From the NCBI GenBank assembly GCA_031409275.1, contig JANNXA010000043.1:1-64000 (forward strand): DNA of 64,000 bases, given 5' to 3'. The position numbers and the translations under genes were made by a program. The notes under the pieces are model-generated. The model ran no database searches and was not told the origin of the DNA. It worked only from the letters and a program-made list of their open reading frames with translations. Origin of the DNA: Planctomycetota bacterium (lineage in GTDB: Bacteria > Planctomycetota > B15-G4 > SIAN01). Positions 59,259 to 64,000 of the stretch are shown here, piece after piece (positions within the stretch are counted from its first letter, which is position 1; the number at the start of each line of letters is the position of its first letter).

Positions 59259-60404
59259 ATGATTCCCACCCGCAAGACGCGCACGATCCACATCCGTCAC
59301 CTCGCCATCGGCGGCGTCGCCCCGATCGCGGTCCAGAGCATGGCGGCCACCCGCACGCGCGACGTCGCGGCGACGATCCGCCAGGTGCAGTTGATCGCCG
59401 CGGCCGGCGCCGACCTCGTGCGCATCGCGGTCGACAACGACGCGGACGTCGAGGCGCTCGCGCTGGTCCGCAAGGCGACCACCGCGCTGCTCTCGGTCGA
59501 CCTGCAGGAGAACTGGCGCCTCGCCGAGAAGGTGGCGCCCTTCGTCGACAAGGTGCGCTACAACCCCGGCCATCTCCATCACCACGAGAAGTCGATGGCG
59601 GTGAAGGAGAAGGTGGCGTGGATCGTCGGCGTGGCGAAGCGTCACGGCCTCGCGCTGCGCATCGGCGTCAACGCGGGCTCGATCGATCCGGCGCTCGAGG
59701 CGAAGTTCCCGGGCGACCATGTCGCGGCCATCGTGCAGTCGGCGGTCGACCATTGCGCGATCGTCGATGACCTTGGCTTCCTCGACTACTGCGTCTCGAT
59801 CAAGGACAGCGATCCGCGCCTCGTCATCGACGCGAACCAGCGCTTCGCTGCCGTGCGCCCCGACGTGCCGATCCATCTGGGGGTGACCGAAGCGGGCATG
59901 CCGCCGGACGGGATCATCAAGACGCGGATCGCCTTCGAGCAGCTGCTCTCCCGCGGCATCGGCGACACGCTGCGCGTCTCCCTCACGCTGCCCTTCGACG
60001 ACAAGGGGCAGGAGATCACGGTCGGCCGCGCGCTGCTCGCCGACGTCGAGGCTGGCCGCTTCCGCTCGGTCCCGCCCAACTTCTTCAACCAGCTGAACAT
60101 CGTGAGCTGCCCCTCCTGCAGCCGCGTCGAGAACGAGAAGTTCATCGAGCTCGCGCAGGAGATCCAGCGCATGACGGCATGGGCCAAGGAGCACGCCATC
60201 ACGATCGCCGTGATGGGCTGCCGCGTGAACGGCCCCGGTGAGACCGACGACGCCGACTTGGGCCTCTGGTGCGGCCCGACCCACGTCAACCTGAAGCGCG
60301 GCGAAGAGACGGTCGGCGCCTACACCTACGAGCAGATCCTCCCGAAGGTGAAGGCGGAGGTGGAGCGGCTCGTCGTCGCGAAGGGCGGCGCGCTGCCGAA
60401 GTAG
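59259..60404 (+). CDS. ispG: 4-hydroxy-3-methylbut-2-en-1-yl diphosphate synthase
   Basis: [45 protein letters not shown] and [11 protein letters not shown]. Confidence 0.95.
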   Translation: MIPTRKTRTIHIRHLAIGGVAPIAVQSMAATRTRDVAATIRQVQLIAAAGADLVRIAVDNDADVEALALVRKATTALLSVDLQENWRLAEKVAPFVDKVRYNPGHLHHHEKSMAVKEKVAWIVGVAKRHGLALRIGVNAGSIDPALEAKFPGDHVAAIVQSAVDHCAIVDDLGFLDYCVSIKDSDPRLVIDANQRFAAVRPDVPIHLGVTEAGMPPDGIIKTRIAFEQLLSRGIGDTLRVSLTLPFDDKGQEITVGRALLADVEAGRFRSVPPNFFNQLNIVSCPSCSRVENEKFIELAQEIQRMTAWAKEHAITIAVMGCRVNGPGETDDADLGLWCGPTHVNLKRGEETVGAYTYEQILPKVKAEVERLVVAKGGALPK

Positions 60405-60435
60405 CGGCGAGGTGGGGCGCGGAACGCAAGGTCGC

Positions 60436-63363
60436 TCAGCGCGGTCGCGCGGTGATTCGGAGCGGCGCGTCGATCGGCGTGTCGCCGATCTCGACGATGA
60501 GTTCGTCGGCGACGATCAACGCGGAGCGGACGAAGAGGCGCCAGCGGCCGGGCGGGAGCTCGAGCGCGAAGCGGCGCAACGCGGGATCGTCGTCGTCGCG
60601 CGGCTCGACCGGGGTCGCGCCGCCGATCGGAGCGCTCGTTTTGCCCTCGGCAGCGAAGACGTGCACCTCGCACGGCGCATCGCGGACGTCGGGGTCGATC
60701 GAGGACTGGTCGATCTCGACCGACATCGACAAGCGGGGCGGCAGCGTGATCGGCAGCGCGTCGCCGGCCGGCCAGGCGGGGAGCTCGAGCTCGATCACGG
60801 GCGGCAGCACGAAGGTGCCCGGCGACCGTTTCGGCACGAGGCGCAGCCGCGCGACGGGCGGCAGATCGGCGTGCAGCGTGACAACACCGTCGCTATCGGT
60901 CGCCGCCTGCGCCAGCGGCTGCGCGCGCCGCCGATCCGCGGACGCGTCGAAGAGCCATACCTGGCAGCCGTCGGCGGCGGTCGTCCCGCCCGCTTCGAGG
61001 ACGCGCAGTCGCTGATCGGGCTTCGGTTCGAGGGTGATCGTGCCGAGGTCGAGATCTTGTTCGCTCGCGACGTCGACGGTGCGCGGCGCCGGCGGGCGAT
61101 AGCGGTCGGTCTCGAACCGCAGCGTCCACTCGCCGGGCGCGGCCTGCGCCGTGAAGGGCGCATCGCCGCCGCCCTTGCGCTGCCAGATGCGCGGCGAAGG
61201 CCAGCGCTCGAGCGACCATTCGGCGGTGTAGAGCAAGTCGGTCGCGATCGGTCGCCCCGTCGTCGCATCGACGAAGCGCGCCATGAGCCGGCCCGGCTTC
61301 GGCGGCTCCTCGCCGCGTGCCTGTCGCGCGAGCCCTTCGTCGAGCCGCGCTCTCCACGCGGCGCTCACCGGCGGCAGCGTCACCTCGTACGGTTCCTCGC
61401 GCGGCTCGAACACGCCGAGCTCGATCGGACTGCAGAACAGGCCGCTCGGTTCGCCCCACGGTCCGACCACCACGACGTGCCACGGCCCGCCGACCGGCAA
61501 CTGCAGAATGACTCGCTGGTCGGGCATCGCGGCGAGATCGGACTGTGCTTGCAGCAGCATCAACCAGTCGTCGCCAGCAGCGGATGCCGCCTGCGCCTCC
61601 GCGAGCGGCAGCTTGAGCGCGCCGATGGACAAGAACGCTCCCGCGGCAAGGAGGTAGCGCACCTCATCGGCGTCAGTCGGGTCGGCGATCGCCACGTCGA
61701 GCGTCAGTAGATGCTGCTGGCGCCTCGCCAGCTTCACCTCGAAGGTCGGCCGACCGCGCGGCGGGACGGTCACGAAGAGCTCGCCCGGCCGATGCTCGGC
61801 AGTGCGCACCAGCAGGCGCGTGATCTCGGCGGCATCGATGGCCACCGCGACGCCGAAGGTCGAATCGCCGGCTTCGAAGAGCTGCCCCCTGCGCCGCCGT
61901 CCGACGCGGGAGCTGGCCAGCACCTCGAGCAGCCAGCCGCTGGCGAGCCGCTCCTTCACCTGCAGCGGGGCGCCGTCAGCCTCGGTGACGCGCACGAAGA
62001 ACTGCGTCTCGCTGCGTAGCCGAACCTCGATCGGCTCGGAGCGAGCACCGGGGGCGACCTTCGGCAGCGAGACGTCGCGCCGTCGCCAATCGGGAGCAAC
62101 CACCAGCACGCTGCGATCGGCGCTCGTCGTGACCAGCTCGAAACGACCCGCGGCGTCGGTGATCGCCTCCTCATCGTCGAGAGCGAACCCCTCCTCCCAC
62201 GGTGCGAGCGCGTCGGGACCGGCGTTGCGGCGCGACAGCAGTGCGACCGGCTCGAGTCTGCGCCGCGACCAAGGCCGATCGAACGCTCGCTCGGTCAGGA
62301 AGGAGTAGCGGGCCCCCGCGGTCACCAGCGCGCCCGCGATCGGCGCGCTCGAGGCATCGTCGACGACGACACCCTCGAAGGTGCGGTGGCGCTCGAAGAC
62401 GACGTCGGGCAGCTCCGTCGTCGCGCCGTCGTTCACCAGCACGTTGCGGGTTCGCATCGTCTGCCCGCGCCGGAAGAGGAGAGCGAGTGGCTCTTCGCGG
62501 CGCGGATCCATCCGCCCGTCGTCGGTGATCCAGATCGCGCCCGCGCGCGAGCGGAGCGCATCGACCTGGTAGCGCCCCTTCGCGTCGGTCGTGGTGATCG
62601 CCTCGAAGCGGCCGCGGAGTCGCTGCGCGAGTGGCGAGTCGGGCTCGCGCCACTGGAGCTCGAGTTGAGCGGCGAGCAGCTGGCCGCCCGGCTGCGGATC
62701 GACGCCGACCTCGACGCCGGCGAGCGGCTGGCCGAGGTCGTCGACGACGCGGCCCGTCGCCGTGCCGCCGTAGCCGACCTCCATCGTGAACGACTTCTCT
62801 TGGCCGTCGGAGAGCCACGTCGCGGCGATCGTGTTGGCGTGCGGTGCGCGGCGCGGCGTCTCGAAGATCACGACGTCTTCAGGAAGCTGCTCGATCGTCA
62901 GCTCGCCCTCCTCGTCGGTCAGGCCGCAGACGAAGACGTGCGTGTTCGGCCGCTCGCTCCAGACGACCACCGGCAGGTCGGCGAGCGGCTCGCGGGTGTC
63001 GCCATCGACCACTCTGAGCTCAATGGCCCCGCGGCCGCGGTAGTGAGCTTCGGCGGGGCGCAGTGCGCCGCCGCTCGTCTCATCGCTGTCGACGGTCCGG
63101 GTACTGGCGTCGATCGAAGTACGCGCGACATCCTCGACGCGCTCCGGGGTCGCCGTCGCGGCCGCCGCCGCCGCGCTGCGATCGCCACCGCCGCGCTCCT
63201 TCGGAAGCGCAGGTCGGCGCAGCGTCACGCCACTGTTCTGCAGCGAGTGCACGACGATGCCGCCGACCGCGATCGGCACGCCGAGCCAGAGCAGCGCCCG
63301 CGGCCATCGCCGCCAACGACGCGCCTCCTCCGGCTGCTGTCGAGCGTGTCGCATCCGGTTCAC
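60436..63363 (-). CDS. Membrane-anchored carboxypeptidase-regulatory-like repeat protein
   Basis: N-terminal TM helix; repeated VVD..G.P.AG...TD..G.F/Y modules. Confidence 0.7.
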   Translation of the reverse strand: MNRMRHARQQPEEARRWRRWPRALLWLGVPIAVGGIVVHSLQNSGVTLRRPALPKERGGGDRSAAAAAATATPERVEDVARTSIDASTRTVDSDETSGGALRPAEAHYRGRGAIELRVVDGDTREPLADLPVVVWSERPNTHVFVCGLTDEEGELTIEQLPEDVVIFETPRRAPHANTIAATWLSDGQEKSFTMEVGYGGTATGRVVDDLGQPLAGVEVGVDPQPGGQLLAAQLELQWREPDSPLAQRLRGRFEAITTTDAKGRYQVDALRSRAGAIWITDDGRMDPRREEPLALLFRRGQTMRTRNVLVNDGATTELPDVVFERHRTFEGVVVDDASSAPIAGALVTAGARYSFLTERAFDRPWSRRRLEPVALLSRRNAGPDALAPWEEGFALDDEEAITDAAGRFELVTTSADRSVLVVAPDWRRRDVSLPKVAPGARSEPIEVRLRSETQFFVRVTEADGAPLQVKERLASGWLLEVLASSRVGRRRRGQLFEAGDSTFGVAVAIDAAEITRLLVRTAEHRPGELFVTVPPRGRPTFEVKLARRQQHLLTLDVAIADPTDADEVRYLLAAGAFLSIGALKLPLAEAQAASAAGDDWLMLLQAQSDLAAMPDQRVILQLPVGGPWHVVVVGPWGEPSGLFCSPIELGVFEPREEPYEVTLPPVSAAWRARLDEGLARQARGEEPPKPGRLMARFVDATTGRPIATDLLYTAEWSLERWPSPRIWQRKGGGDAPFTAQAAPGEWTLRFETDRYRPPAPRTVDVASEQDLDLGTITLEPKPDQRLRVLEAGGTTAADGCQVWLFDASADRRRAQPLAQAATDSDGVVTLHADLPPVARLRLVPKRSPGTFVLPPVIELELPAWPAGDALPITLPPRLSMSVEIDQSSIDPDVRDAPCEVHVFAAEGKTSAPIGGATPVEPRDDDDPALRRFALELPPGRWRLFVRSALIVADELIVEIGDTPIDAPLRITARPR

Positions 63364-63450
63364 CCCCGCTCGTCACCCTCGCTGCCCGGTCCTGCGGTGC
63401 CGCACCGGGTACCGTACAGCGAAGTATCGCCTCCGCCGCGGAGCAGTCCC

Positions 63451-64000
63451 ATGACGTCAATCGCGCTCCTCGCCCTTTCAGCCGTCGCGGTCCTGCAGCC
63501 GGTGGGTCACGAAGGGCCGCGGCCGCTCGCACCCGCCGACGTCGCTGCGCTGCATCGCGAGCTCCTTCCCGCGCGCGACGAACCGTGGCAGACGATCGGC
63601 TGGCGCGTCGATCTGCTCGCCGCGCGCGACGAGGCGATCCGCGCGAAACGTCCGCTCTTCCTGTGGGCGATGAACGGCCATCCGCTCGGCTGCGTCTGAA
63701 ACAACGGGGTGCTCGACCGTGAGTCGAGCTTCGCCGACCAGGACGTGATCGAGCTGCTGCAGCGCCGCTTCGTGCCGGTCGCGCTCGACGTCTGGTACGA
63801 GGAGCGGCGCCAGGACGCGGCGGGGGAGTTCTTTCGCAAGGTCGTTGCGCAGCGCGCCGGGCTGCAGCCTGGCCAGACGACGCAGGGCTTCTACGCCTTC
63901 GGGCCCGACGGAACGCTGCTCGAGGGGTGGAACCATCGTGGCGTCGATCGGCTGAAGGAGCGGCTGAAGGCGGCGCTCGAGGAGTGGAAGCCATCGGTCG
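63451..64000 (+). CDS. Probable SelN-like thioredoxin-fold selenoprotein (CxU), read through TGA at 63697-63699; runs off the window
   Basis: Signal-like N-terminus, WRVDLLAARDEA..RPLFLWAMNGHPLGCV-TGA-NNGVLDRESSFADQDVIELLQRRFVPVA...; frame stays open to the window end; SECIS-like hairpin. Confidence 0.82.
63711..63729 (+). promoter_or_regulatory. Putative bacterial SECIS element
   Basis: GCUCGAC-CGUGA-GUCGAGC: perfect 7-bp stem beginning 11 nt after UGA; G at loop position 2. Confidence 0.72.

Noticed and set aside
1..64000. Genome-wide TGA reassignment (genetic code 4 or 25) as the explanation for in-frame TGAs
   Set aside because: Many clearly complete genes here end in TGA, often in ATGA overlaps. 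Only two TGAs fall at redox-Cys positions with hairpins.

Overview
Gene-dense, very GC-rich bacterial window. The DUF1501 + DUF1549/DUF1553 pair, a PVC-type heme-binding dehydrogenase, and HEAT-vWA, FG-GAP and carboxypeptidase-regulatory-like proteins point to Planctomycetota (inference). I saw no rRNA, tRNA, CRISPR array, integrase or transposase. Two things stand out. (1) A ~15 kb redox cluster at 10384-25686 encodes, on the minus strand, an outer-membrane beta-barrel, a ~10-heme LVIVD-propeller lipoprotein, a cytoplasmic protein with two cNMP-binding domains fused to a 4x[4Fe-4S] ferredoxin, a membrane protein with two His-x13-His pairs (di-heme cytochrome b-like) and a membrane-anchored decaheme cytochrome, plus a divergent double GlcG/HbpS heme-binding lipoprotein. 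Together these read as a candidate cyclic-nucleotide-controlled trans-envelope electron conduit. (2) Two genes that the ORF track splits or truncates are probably selenoproteins: a secreted thioredoxin-like protein with UGPC (52588-53577, minus) and a SelN-like protein with CVU (63451 to the window end). Each in-frame TGA is followed by a 7-bp hairpin whose loop starts CGUG (SECIS-like). Smaller signals include tandem duplications of stop-codon regions, a REP-like element, a doubly frameshifted hybrid histidine kinase, GNAT-bleomycin-resistance and FGE-thioredoxin fusions, and probable leaderless promoters. All family calls come from motif recognition by eye; no searches were run.
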